A stretch of 63,730 bases of DNA, counting the filler, from Octopus bimaculoides (lineage: Eukaryota): the NCBI RefSeq assembly GCF_001194135.2. It is 3 parts of 3 records of this genome, joined end to end, with 100 filler letters (N's around TTAATTAATTAA, not from the genome) between each part and the next. Parts side by side here need not be neighbours in the genome. Positions count along the whole stretch, not along the records: positions 1 to 31,141 come from NC_068985.1; positions 31,242 to 56,169 come from NC_069004.1; 1 more part is not named here. One strand, given 5' to 3'. This document shows positions 25,779 to 35,149 of this stretch, piece after piece. Position 1 is the stretch's first letter, and every line of letters starts with the position of its first letter. A program made the position numbers and the translations under genes. The notes beneath the pieces were generated by a model. It searched no databases. It saw nothing but the letters and a program-made list of their open reading frames with translations, and had not been told where the DNA came from.

Positions 25779-28700
25779 ATGTATATATACATATATAAAC
25801 ACAAGTTGTCTGTTTGTGTCAAGTTTCCATCTATACCTGTTAACGAATTTTTGTGAAGCTTTGCAAACATGTTAAAGTAACATCTAGTTTGTTACTAGGC
25901 TTACTGAAGTTTAATAAAAATCTATAATTGGATGGCTAGGGCCACTAGAAGAGGTCCACATATATAACCAATATATTTTCTTTTAACAGCCGAGGGAAAT
26001 AACCCATTCATTTTCCATAGATCACCCTAAACACTACCAAGCTCAAAGAGATGGAAATTGACAACAGATGGATCATGCCCTACAACCCATTGTTGTCTAA
26101 AACATTGGAGGCCCATGTTAATGCTGAGTCATGCAACTCAATAAAAAGTTTTAAATATGTTTGTAAATACATCAATAAGGGCTCAGATATGGCAGTTTGG
26201 GGACTTGAACAGGAGGGCAGGCAAGCAGATGAAATTCAGCAAAATAAGTTGGGCAGGTATATTTCCTCTAAAGAGGGCTTTGAAATCCACGAGCAGCATC
26301 CAACAGTGGTGAATCTATCTGTACATCTTGAAAATGGCAAGTGTGTATATTTAACACAAGACAATGTTCGAAATGTAGTTCTGAATCCACTTTCTTCAAA
26401 TTATGCCAATGTGATCTGTTTGCCTGAACATTGTTGTATGTTGAGATTCCCGTGTACTATACCTGAGCACACAATACATGGAACAGATGCAAGCAAGGAG
26501 CATGCATTGAGGGCTGGGAAGAAAATGTTGTCTTCATAAGTGAGGCCATCAGGCCGGTGTACACTGTGCACCCTAATCAGCAGGAGTGCTTCTTTCAGCA
26601 TCTACTGCAGCACATTTTCAGACCTTTGAAGACATAATGGGAAAGTCTGCACAACCTACAGAGAAGCCTGCACCAAACATGGACAACTGGGACTAGACAC
26701 TGAAGGAGGCAGCAGCCAGCAGAGCACCAAGTCAACTGTGTCAGCTATTTTCTATCATGTTGATGACATGTGGCTTGGCTGAACCTCTCAAGCTTTGGGC
26801 GACCCACCAAACAAGCATGGCAGAGGACATTCTACAAAGGATTCAAAGGCAAACCTCGGTGGAAATTGCCACGTTCAATAACGCCATTTACAATGAGGTG
26901 TTACTTGACCTGGAAATCCAAGTGCAAGCTATGTGAGGTCAAGACATTGCCACATTCGATCTGCCACAACCAGAGCAGGCACCAAACAATTTCACAATTG
27001 AGTACCTGTGAGAAATCAGCTATGACATCGAGGAAATGACAGCGTATATAGCTGATAATGAAGATGTAGTAACGCCTGCGCATGCGTAGTCTTACGCATG
27101 CATAGAATTAAACAAGCAAGCATTTCCCGCTCAATTCATTCTCTTTCTAGCTGGCCAGCGATTGAGCATGGACGTGTGTTTAAAGCTGTCTCTACATCTT
27201 TCGGTCTTATACTCGACAGCTCATTATTCTCACCTCTAAAGATGTATAACTAAAGATATGTATGTTTACCACCTAAATAAATGTTGTTTAAGTTGTTTAG
27301 TCTGGAGTTCAGCGTTCCGTCTATTTCTTTAATTTTATAGTAGAAAGTCAGGTATACAATCTAAAGATGTATAACCCACTTTCTACTAAAAAGACAAACT
27401 GATGGAGGGCCAACTGGGTGTTTATAAAACCATTATTTCAAGCACTGAAAGTGAAAGAGGAGGTCTTTTCTTTCTGGATGCTCCAGGTGGAACTGGCAAG
27501 ACATTTGTCATCAATTTTCTTCTGGCTAAATTGCGCCAAATGAAACATATTACCAAAGCAGTGGCATCAAGTGGAATAGCTGCAACTCTGCTAAGTGGTA
27601 GTTGCACAGCTCATTCCTGTTTCAAACTCCCTTTGGACCTGTCCAAGAAGGAGAAGGCAAACAGCAACATCAGTCGTGGTTCTATAAAAGGCAAACTCCT
27701 GGGTGAATGCAGGTTGATCATCTGGGATGAGGTGACAGTGAGCCATAAGGTTTCCTTTGGAGCTCTTGACATGGCCCTTCAGGATCTGAAACATATCACC
27801 ATGCTGATGGGAGATGCCACAGTCTTGCTTGCAGCAGACTTTAGACAAACCCTTCCCGTGGTTCCAAAGGCGACAAGAGCTGATGAGGTAAATGCCAGCA
27901 TAAAGTCCTCCTACCTATGGAGCAGTGTGCAAAAGCTGAGACTCACAACCAACATGTGACTGCAGATCAGTACTGATGATGCAGACAGAACCTTTTCAAA
28001 GCAACTGTTGGACGTCAGTAATGGCACTTCGGTTGGCGAGAAGGAAGGCCGAGTAAGCTTGCCTTTTGGACGTAAGGTATCTGATTTAAAGGAACTGTGT
28101 CTGGATGGATGGATAAATGGATATATATATTTATAAAGGTTAGTTACAGATTACCTCAATGACAAATGACAGTGACTATTTCATTATTGTGGCTGGTGAC
28201 TTCAATAGATATGTTGGATTGCACCCTGATGGATTCCTGGAACACATGGGGGTTACAGCTTTGGTACTAGAAATGAAGAAGGAACAAGGTTGCTGGAACT
28301 CTGTGATGCAAATCACTTGAACTGTAACACTAACTTCAGTAAACCAGCCAGTCACCTGATCCCCAATCAATCTGGTGACCATACATGCCAGATTCACTAC
28401 ATTCTCACCAGAAAGCAGGATACACATGCTTATAAATGCAAATTCTCCTAAGTGAAGAATGTACAACCCAACATAGATCAGTGATTAGTGAGTTCAGACT
28501 TTGAGATAAAATGAGAAAGAAACCAGTCTGAGAACAAAAGATAGGGAAGTTCAAAGACCCGGCAAACTGTGATACGGCTATGGAAAAGTAAGGCAGGCAG
28601 AGCTATAGAAGCAAAAAGACAGGCTTGGACAGACTAGAGACAGAAGAGAATTATACCAGCTAACAGGTTTACAGAGCAAAAGAAGAAGCAAAAAGTATGA

Positions 28701-28882
28701 GGTTTGCCAACATTCTACAGTGGCGTAGGAGTGGCTGTGTGGTAAGTGGCTTGCTTACGAACCACATGGTTCCGGGTTCATTCCCACTGTGTAGCACTTT
28801 GGGCAAGTGTCTTCTACTATAGCCTCGGGCAAAAAAAGCCTTGTAAGTGGATTTGGTAGACGGAAACTGAAAGAAGCCCATC

Positions 28883-28950
<68 letters not shown>

Positions 28951-29744
28951 CTGTGTTTGTCCCCCCAGCATCGCTTGACAACCGATGGTGGTGTGTTTAC
29001 GTCCCCGTAACTTAGCGGTTCAGCAAAAGAGATCGATAGAATAAGTACTAAGCTTCCAAAGAATAAGTCCTGGGGCCGATTTGCTCAACTAAAAGGCAGT
29101 GATCCAGCATGACCGCAGTCAAGTGACTGAAACAAGTAAAAGAGTAAAAGAGAGTGAGAGAATAAGATGCATGAGATACTAAATTGCAAGACAACGAATC
29201 AAAGAAAACAATCGAGATGTTGTGGATGAGAAGCATGTGTATGGATGGATAATGGTACACTTGCACTTATTGAGAAAGAAGTATGTATGACAAAGTGCAA
29301 ATGAGTTGAGATAAATATTTGGCATAAGAGGAATTAGATGTAGCATGCAAGAGAGAAGACTGCACTGGTTTGGTCATGTGATGCATATGGAATATGTGAA
29401 AAAGGGAGACTCAGGAAGGTATGGGACAAAGCAGCAAAGGCTGAGCTCAAGATGTTGAGCCCCACAGAGGTGATGACAAAGAACTGAAATGATCAATGAT
29501 TTATAATGATGAAGACACACCCATCACAGCTGAAGTGAGGTCCTAGAAGCACTATGTTTATGCCTCAACACATATACCATACCTTACACGTTTCATACCT
29601 TTACAAATTAAATCTGGAAACACCAACTTACCTTTGTTGAATATCCATATGAAGAATGTATTCTTCTTCCACAGGTTTTAAAGATATGGCAGCCTTTTCA
29701 CAAAAGTTTAATTTTCGCATCATATCTTCCATAGACTCCATCAT
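5772..29744 (-). CDS. WDR89: WD repeat-containing protein 89, 13 coding exons, 1107 nt, 368 aa
   Basis: Manually spliced exons are all GT-AG and phase-consistent. The product includes FSSSWDGTIRCWD, DSHMDDITQVSFHP..LASGSTDGLV, YCTTHVDTFHVWD and GGHTGIVRCLHWD..LVTGGEDSMVCLW. These match WDR89 motifs as recalled (THSDDVTQVRFHP, GSSDGLV, MTHDEGF, GGHAATVR, LTGGED). Confidence 0.93.
8234..8314 (-). CDS. WDR89: WDR89 exon 12 (TSSLVTGGEDSMVCLWSTATAAENKEV)
   Basis: atttcag / GTAACG; TGGED..LW motif. Confidence 0.92.
9361..9469 (-). CDS. WDR89: WDR89 exon 11 (GNLSILEFSKEKDVEIISSLNGGHTGIVRCLHWDKL)
   Basis: aaactag / GTGAGT; GGH..VR..W motif. Confidence 0.94.
9530..10100. mobile_element. Cluster of family A SINEs: two minus copies then one plus copy
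   Basis: 9530-9835 are reverse-complement copies; 9846-10100 is a forward copy. Confidence 0.8.
10675..10751 (-). CDS. WDR89: WDR89 exon 10 (DKVEYIVDYIGSEKTDHWMVLAGQK)
   Basis: ttgcag / GTAAGG; phase 0/2. Confidence 0.88.
10820..11165 (-). mobile_element. tRNA-derived SINE family C
   Basis: Minus strand reads a tRNA-like head (agtggttagagc...gagtttgattc) followed by gtgttcttgagcaag. Confidence 0.75.
11889..11933 (-). CDS. WDR89: WDR89 exon 9 (GDLLYQMTDVKEKLK)
   Basis: ttttgtag / GTAAGT; phase 0/0. Confidence 0.85.
12610..13066 (+). mobile_element. RTE 3' UTR repeat with (GAT)n tail
   Basis: Same family as 560-1170. Confidence 0.8.
13118..13204 (-). CDS. WDR89: WDR89 exon 8 (AFVGWCSPKYDQVYCTTHVDTFHVWDSTE)
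   Basis: ttttcag / GTAAAC; 29 codons. Confidence 0.94.
13845..14900. other. GC-rich unclassified insert in WDR89 intron 7
   Basis: Visibly GC- and CpG-rich against an AT-rich intron, with degenerate internal direct repeats. Confidence 0.5.
15000..15795. mobile_element. Fold-back / MITE-like element with ~230 bp inverted arms
   Basis: 15000-15232 is the reverse complement of ~15550-15795; each arm holds two ~70 bp sub-repeats. Confidence 0.85.
16430..16705 (+). mobile_element. RTE LINE 5' endonuclease fragment
   Basis: NIDVGTMKGRSGEIIEMM..RHVDVCGVQEVR...FFWVG...VGIILAEKWVDKVIEVVRV. Confidence 0.8.
16942..17073 (-). CDS. WDR89: WDR89 exon 7 (VSFHPTNENLLASGSTDGLVCKFD...MNSLSSV)
   Basis: cttttag / GTATGT; 44 codons open. 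Confidence 0.95.
17142..17965 (+). mobile_element. Mariner transposon, 5' TIR plus 5' two-thirds of a decayed transposase
   Basis: TIR-like tattgggttatcctataa; ATG at 17322 MEVTKEHIQHILLYEF; WVPHEL; IVTGDEKWV; KVLLSVWWD; stops and frameshifts present. Confidence 0.9.
18393..18456 (-). CDS. WDR89: WDR89 exon 6 (DRRKNVLLTDFTDSHMDDITQ)
   Basis: ttttccag / GTTTGT; SHxDDITQ motif. Confidence 0.92.
18598..18990 (+). mobile_element. tRNA-derived SINE family B (CpG-decayed copy)
   Basis: Head, then gaatttggtagacagaaac, then ccagcatggctgcagtc..gactgagacaagtaaaaga tail. Confidence 0.75.
20990..21150. repeat. 45 bp minisatellite, ~3.6 copies
   Basis: Unit ggtgaacaggattctaactgtaaaa(t/c)c(c/t)attaacag.gtgc..(c/g)t. 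Confidence 0.9.
21301..21400 (-). CDS. WDR89: WDR89 exon 5 (CDKCLLCLDINSSDSKIAAGTESVEKEVELKI)
   Basis: ttttcag / GTAAGC; AGTE motif. Confidence 0.92.
22522..22571 (-). CDS. WDR89: WDR89 exon 4 (CWDIRTDFKKPAQEFT)
   Basis: ttttccag / GTAATT; completes the RCWD motif. Confidence 0.92.
23505..23589 (-). CDS. WDR89: WDR89 exon 3 (HNNVISGIKFAHNDTHLLFSSSWDGTI)
   Basis: WD40 motif; tattttag / GTAAAC. Confidence 0.92.
25340..25452 (-). CDS. WDR89: WDR89 exon 2 (ADTPNSATDDRLLACSSSSYNIRLHARHNMATLQQID)
   Basis: Acceptor tttttag; weak donor GTGATA; phases 2/1 fit both neighbours. Confidence 0.85.
25800..28100 (+). mobile_element. Helitron RepHel relic (Rep C-terminus + PIF1 helicase)
   Basis: IDNRWIMPYNPLL..HVNAESCNSIKSFKYVCKYINKGSD..GRYISS..VHLENG; FFLDAPGGTGKTF..AVASSGIAATLL..AHSCFKLP..IIWDE..LLAADFRQTLPVV. 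Confidence 0.93.
27065..27390 (+). mobile_element. Solo LTR (326 bp) inserted in the Helitron
   Basis: TGTAGTA...TACTAAA (near-perfect TG..CA inverted ends), AAGA TSD at 27061-27064 and 27391-27394, internal AATAAA. Excision restores the frame EEMTAYIADNEDKLMEGQLGVY. Confidence 0.8.
28180..29520 (+). mobile_element. RTE LINE fragment interrupted by a full-length family B SINE (28713-29150)
   Basis: RTE endonuclease-like text either side. The SINE has a tRNA head, ggatttggtagacggaaactg, (TA)n and an aaaagagtaaaagag tail. Confidence 0.75.
29632..29744 (-). CDS. WDR89: WDR89 coding exon 1 (MMESMEDMMRKLNFCEKAAISLKPVEEEYILHMDIQQ)
   Basis: Acceptor ttctattag precedes 29766, with 22 nt of UTR before the ATG. 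Donor is GTAAGT, phase 2. Confidence 0.88.
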
Positions 29745-30250
29745 GAAAATCTTCAATTACAACACACTAATAGAAAAACACAAGAAATACATCATGTAAA
29801 TATTCTCTTTAGGAACCAACTGTTAAATTAGATTTAGTGGTAAAAATGGAATTAAGAACTAAATTGGTTAAATTGCAAAGTATTTATATATTTAAATAAT
29901 CTTTTTACTTCTTTTAGTCATTACACCATGGCCATGCCGGGGTACTGCTTTCAAGAGGGAGGACTTTCGGAAAATTCTCAAGATCTAAATTTTTCTTCGT
30001 TATATTCCGAAATCACATTCCACTTTCTACAGATACCCTAGCGTAGTACTACAGTACGTAGTGCTTATTTCTACCCACTTTCAATAATTTTTAGTATTTT
30101 GGCTTCAATTTTGTTTCATTTTCAATTATTTTTACACTTTTTTAACCCTTAGTCATTATTCTCATTCACTCATTATTACTTTCGCTCTCTCTCTCTATCT
30201 TATATATAGAGAGATAGATATATATTATATATATACATATATTATATACA

Positions 30251-31129
30251 TACATATGGGATCTTTCTGATTTGGTGGATGCCACTTGTTTTCTTAATGA
30301 AACACTTTCAAACTTGGGACAGTGGTAGAATGTATCATATAAAACATCTTTTACTCTTAGTGTTATTGAGAAAATTTTATCTTTTTAAAGTTATTTCGTG
30401 TTAAAATTGTCATATTTCGGTAATTTCAACCAATCACTGACATCTATTGAGGTGAAAACAATTACTGCTGTGAATTGTCAACAAAACATTGTGCGGTGTA
30501 ATGGGATCTTTTACTTTGAATAAAATTAGTGCCGTTGTTTGTCAACAACAACTATCGGTGGTACTGTTATTTATGACATCGTTCGTGCATTTGTACTGGT
30601 TTTAGCTTTAGGGTTTTAGGGTTAGGGTTCGGGTTTTAGAGTTAGGGTTATGAGTATTTTTGCCAAATTTGGTGAAAAATTTGTGGTGGTGTATGGAACA
30701 GATTTTCACCAAATTTGGCAAAAATACTCATAACCCTAACTCTAACTCTAAAACCCGAACCCTAACCTTAAAGCTAAAACCAGTACAAATGCACAAACGA
30801 TGTCATAAATAACAGTACCGCCGATAGTTGTTGTTGACAAACAACAGCACTAATTTTATTCAAGGGAAAAGATCCCATTACACCGCTAGAACGTGTTGTT
30901 TACATTCCACAGCAGTAATTGTTTTCACCTCAATAGACGTCAGTGATTGGTTGAAATTACAGAAATACGACAACATTTAACATGAAATAACTTCGAATAT
31001 AAAAATTTTTCTGTTCTATAAGACAAAATATACAAGTATACGAAGTTTTAGTGTTTCGGTAGAAAACACACTAAATAAAACATAAATAAAAAATGGTGCC
31101 CGCCAAATCAGAAAGATCCTACATATGTA
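30251..31129. mobile_element. ~870 bp palindromic fold-back element with TTAGGG-like repeats near the apex
   Basis: Termini GGATCTTTCTGATTTGG / CCAAATCAGAAAGATCC, ~430 bp arms, ~20 nt loop at ~30680-30700. Confidence 0.88.
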
Positions 31130-31141
31130 TATATCATCATC

Positions 31142-31241
31142 NNNNNNNNNNNNNNNNNNNNNNNNNNNNNNNNNNNNNNNNNNNNTTAATTAATTAANNN
31201 NNNNNNNNNNNNNNNNNNNNNNNNNNNNNNNNNNNNNNNNN
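31142..31241. other. Artificial scaffold spacer N44-TTAATTAATTAA-N44
   Basis: An identical 100 nt construct occurs at 56170-56269; the 12-mer puts a stop in all six frames. Confidence 0.9.
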
Positions 31242-31403
31242 CAGAATATCCTTATTTCAAAATATGCATACATAGGTGCATCCATTTACGAAATTCAAGA
31301 AAACAGAAAATAGAGCTGGCTAAGTCCAACATTTAGAGACTGACAAATGAGAACGCAAATTGGTTTTCAAGAATATCAGTTTCCTGAAAATAAATATCCA
31401 TAC

Positions 31404-31560
31404 CGTTTCCATGTCTTACAACAACATTCAAACAAGTTTCCAGTTCCATCAATAGGTGAATGCTCTTCGATTATTTAGAAGGTCTCATATTGCTACAACC
31501 TGTTAATTCGGATAAATAAACAGTGCGATGGTTACGACAGCTAACCAAAGAAAACTTTCT
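31404..31560 (-). other. Possible non-coding 5' exon of WDR89
   Basis: Donor aaacg|GTATGG at 31403, non-repetitive sequence near the CpG transition. The acceptor at 29767 requires an upstream exon somewhere. The 5' boundary is unknown. Confidence 0.25.
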
Positions 31561-32348
31561 TAACAAGCAATGGAAAGTTAGAGAAAAGGAAGAAGTAAGC
31601 CTATGTTTAAAATATCTTATATTCTTTACTTGTTTCAGTCATTAGACTGCGGCCATACTAGGGCACCGCTTTGAATAATTTAAGGTTTTAAAGCCTGGTA
31701 CTTATCCTATTTTTGTCCTTTGCAGGTTTACTAAGTTACGGGGATGTAAGCACGCCAACATCGATTGTCAAGTGAGAGAAGGGGGCAAAAACACACACAT
31801 ACATACACGCACACAATGGGTTTCTTTCAGTTTCCGTCTACTTGAGAAGGTATTTGTCAGTCCGAAGCTAAAGCAGAAGATATTTGCCCAAAGTGCCAAG
31901 CAGTGAGACTGAAACCGGAACCATGTGCCTGGGAAGCAAACTTACCACAGAGCTCCGTCTGCGTCTATAGTAAGAATATGAGAAAGAAATAACGATAAAT
32001 GGAGAGAAAATCTGTTACTAAATATCAGAAGTTAGTTGTTGTTGTTGTTCCTCCTCGAGCCATGTCTGGTCCGTCCCAGGTGAGATGCTAGACGCAGGGG
32101 GAAAGAATGGTTTCGGGTTCAGTTCCATAGTGCAATCCCTTGAGAAAGGGTTTTCAACTATAGCTCTAGGTCGACAAATGCCTAATAAGTGTGTATGTGT
32201 GACAAAGACATTTCACTTCACAACTATGTGGTTCCATGATTCCGGGTTTACGCCCAATGTGCTGTTAGTTGGGCCAAATGTCTTCTACAATAAGAAGTTG
32301 ACCACTGTTTTATGAGTCAAACTTGGTAGACGGAAACTGAATGAGAAG

Positions 32349-32384
<36 letters not shown>

Positions 32385-32629
32385 CTGTGTGTGTGTTCGG
32401 GCGTGTGTGTCCGTGTGCGATTGTGGATACTAATATAAATATCTTAAAAGTATTTACGTCACTACAGGGAAGTAATTCTCGACAAATTAAATTAACCATC
32501 CGATAAATATAGATCTATAAGATGAGGGCCAGACCAAATACTGTATATCGACTAAAACCCTTGAAGGTGATGTCCCAGCATGGCCGCAGTCAAATGACTA
32601 AAACAAGTAAATAAAGAATAGAATCTTAC

Positions 32630-32845
32630 CGTCAGTGTAGATACGTTCAATGTAATGTTTCCGAGTCGGTATTTGGCATTCGGATAAAATTCCCTCATCA
32701 CGAATAATCTGGAATCAGGTCTCCATCGTGCTACCGTGGAAGTGAGAAGTGGTCCTTCTGTAACGGTTTTCATTTCGTAAGCGGTGTAACAGCTGTGGTT
32801 AAGTGTTGAATAGTTCTTGGGAACTGCAAACCCAGTTATATTGGC
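32630..32845 (-). CDS. IR/iGluR-like last visible exon (ANITGFAVPKNY...VARWRPDSRLFVMREFYPNAKYRLGNITLNVSTLT)
   Basis: attcttcag / GTAAGA; 72 open codons, phase 0/0. Confidence 0.78.
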
Positions 32846-32899
32846 CTGAAGAATGAGTAAAATTTAATTTTACACTTTTTTAAAATTAAAGCATCTAAT

Positions 32900-33345
32900 T
32901 GAATTTCAGATCCGTCGTCCGACAGCTAATTAGCAGAAACGTTAGATCAGTGGCTTTGGCTCCAGCCTTCTGCATTCTGCGTTCAAATCCCGCTAAGATC
33001 AAGATGACTTTTTCATCGTTTCGTGGGTCAGTAAATAAAGTATCAGAGAAGTTTTGGGATTGATTTTCTCTCTCACACACTATCGGGATTGGGAAAATCT
33101 CATCTGTTGGTCGATTGTAAAGAATTATAATAATAACTCTTTCTAAATTTTGGCACAAACCAAGCAGTTTCTGGGGTGGACGACGATTACATCGACCCCA
33201 GTGTTCGACTGATACGCATTTTGTCGATCCAGAAGGATGGAAGGCAAAGGTGACCTCGGTGAAGTTTGAACTCAGTACGTAAAAACTGAAGAAATGCTGC
33301 TAAGCATTTTGTCTGGCATCCTAACGATTCTACCAGCTCACTGCT
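32900..33345. mobile_element. Inverted pair of family A SINEs
   Basis: Forward copy ~32900-33110, reverse copy ~33140-33345. Confidence 0.7.
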
Positions 33346-33981
33346 TTAGAAGAAATTAGAAATAATGTTGGTGCTTTGTTCAGATAATACATTTTACCGA
33401 ATTTTAACGCCATCGTTCGGCAGCGAAATGGCACAGTCCAACTACGATCAACTTCTCTCTTTGATTTCTTCGGGATCAGTAAATAACGTACCAGTCAAGA
33501 CCTGGGATGGATAAATAGAATTCCAGTCAACTACTGGGCTTAATGTAATCGATTGAGATTTCCCCCTAAAACCGCCGGCCAAATTTGAAAATTTGAACAA
33601 AAAAANNNNNNNNNNNNNNNNNNNNNNNNNNNNNNNNNNNNNNNNNNNNNNNNNNNNNNNNNNNNNNNNNNNNNNNNNNNNNNNNNNNNNNNNNNNNNNN
33701 NNNNNNNNNNNNNNNNNNNNNNNNNNNNNNNNNNNNNNNNNNNNNNNNNNNNNNNNNNNNNNNNNNNNNNNNNNNNNNNNNNNNNNNNNNNNNNNNNNNN
33801 NNNNNNNNNNNNNNNNNNNNNNNNNNNNNNNNNNNNNNNNNNNNNNNNNNNNNNNNNNNNNNNNNNNNNNNNNNNNNNNNNNNNNNNNNNNNNNNNNNNN
33901 NNNNNNNNNNNNNNNNNNNNNNNNNNNNNNNNNNNNNNNNNNNNNNNNNNNNNNNNNNNNNNNNNNNNNNNNNNNNNNNNN

Positions 33982-34046
<65 letters not shown>

Positions 34047-34065
34047 GTGTGTATATTATATATAC

Positions 34066-34190
34066 GCTGGAAAACAATAAAGACTCTCGTTTGTATTATC
34101 CCACGATAATCCTCTGATAAACACTTAATAGTTATCAAGAAAATCACCATGAGTTGTTTGTCGACGTGGTGGCACAAGAAGGAACTTCAT
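34066..34190 (-). pseudogene. Possible decayed IR/iGluR-like exon 8
   Basis: Acceptor cctttaaag, phase 1 EVPSCATTSTNNSW*, then HGDFLDNY* in a shifted frame (resembles ATD C....W.HG..L). The 3' boundary is uncertain. Confidence 0.3.
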
Positions 34191-34723
34191 CTTTAAAGGA
34201 ATGTAAATTTATTTTAATTATATTTTGCATTATTTTTCGATGGGTTTGCTCCAGCGGACAAAATGTTTAGCGGCATTTCGGTCTTTACGTTCTGAGTTCA
34301 AATTCTGCCGAGGTCGACTTTGCCGTTCAACCTTTTGAGGTCGATGAAATAAATACCATTTGGGCACTGGCGGCGATGTGATCAACTTAACACACCCACC
34401 CACCTTGTACCTGTAGTAGACAGGATTATTTTTCGATCGGTTTGGTAATTAATCCTTATCAAGTATTTTATTCCTGAATAGAATATAATGATAAAGCATT
34501 TCCTATTGTTGTTTGCTAAGACCGTATCCTTATCTTCACTTCTTTCTTACTTATCTGTGGCGTATTTCATCACAATATCTTTTCATGGTTTATATTATAG
34601 TTGATTTTATCTCTCGGCAATAACTCTTAGAGATTTCTCACGAGTTTAGTACTATTTAGTCAATTTTTTTCTATTTCTTTTTCTCGTTTGCTTTCCAAGA
34701 GAAATCTATGTTAAGCATATTAC

Positions 34724-34842
34724 CTATAAGTCTTATTAGTTTGATTAAGGAGAGGGAGGCTGCGCCTACGACTTCCGCAGACACTTTGAGGCTGGCAAGA
34801 TCGATACGGTTAATATTCCTTGTAACAGTTACAAATTAACGG
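34724..34842 (-). pseudogene. IR/iGluR-like exon 7 with apparent 1-nt frameshift
   Basis: Strong acceptor tttttcctgcag. It reads PLICNCYKEY*; removing one base gives PLICNCYKNINRIDLASLKVSAEVVGAASLSLIKLIRLI|GTAATA. Confidence 0.55.
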
Positions 34843-35023
34843 CTGCAGGAAAAATACAAATAAGTAGGAAATTATAGAGGATCGATTCTCAGGAGAGGAA
34901 AGACTTGGATTATTGGTTAATATGCGGCCCAAAGAACAAAAACGGCACAAATAAAGGTAGACAAAGAGGAAAAAATTATACATCACAAACAAAATTGATG
35001 CAGTTTTATTACGTTTTACTTAC

Positions 35024-35149
35024 CAGAAATTTGGTGAAATTAGAGCAGTTTGATATAGATTTTAAAGACTCGGGGTTCTCGGACAATTTCACCATTAAAC
35101 AGACAATGGTCAAGATATGCTTCTTTATTGTCTCTTCTGGTAACTGTCC
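35024..35149 (-). CDS. IR/iGluR-like exon 6 (GQLPEETIKKHILTIVCLMVKLSENPESLKSISNCSNFTKFL)
   Basis: ccgatag / GTAAGT; the only fully open frame is phase 0/0. Confidence 0.78.

Noticed and set aside
32552-32773. ORF MKTVTEG... as a uORF in a WDR89 5' UTR exon
   Set aside because: The frame extends upstream to a strong acceptor at 32846 and fits the receptor-like gene, so the ATG is internal.
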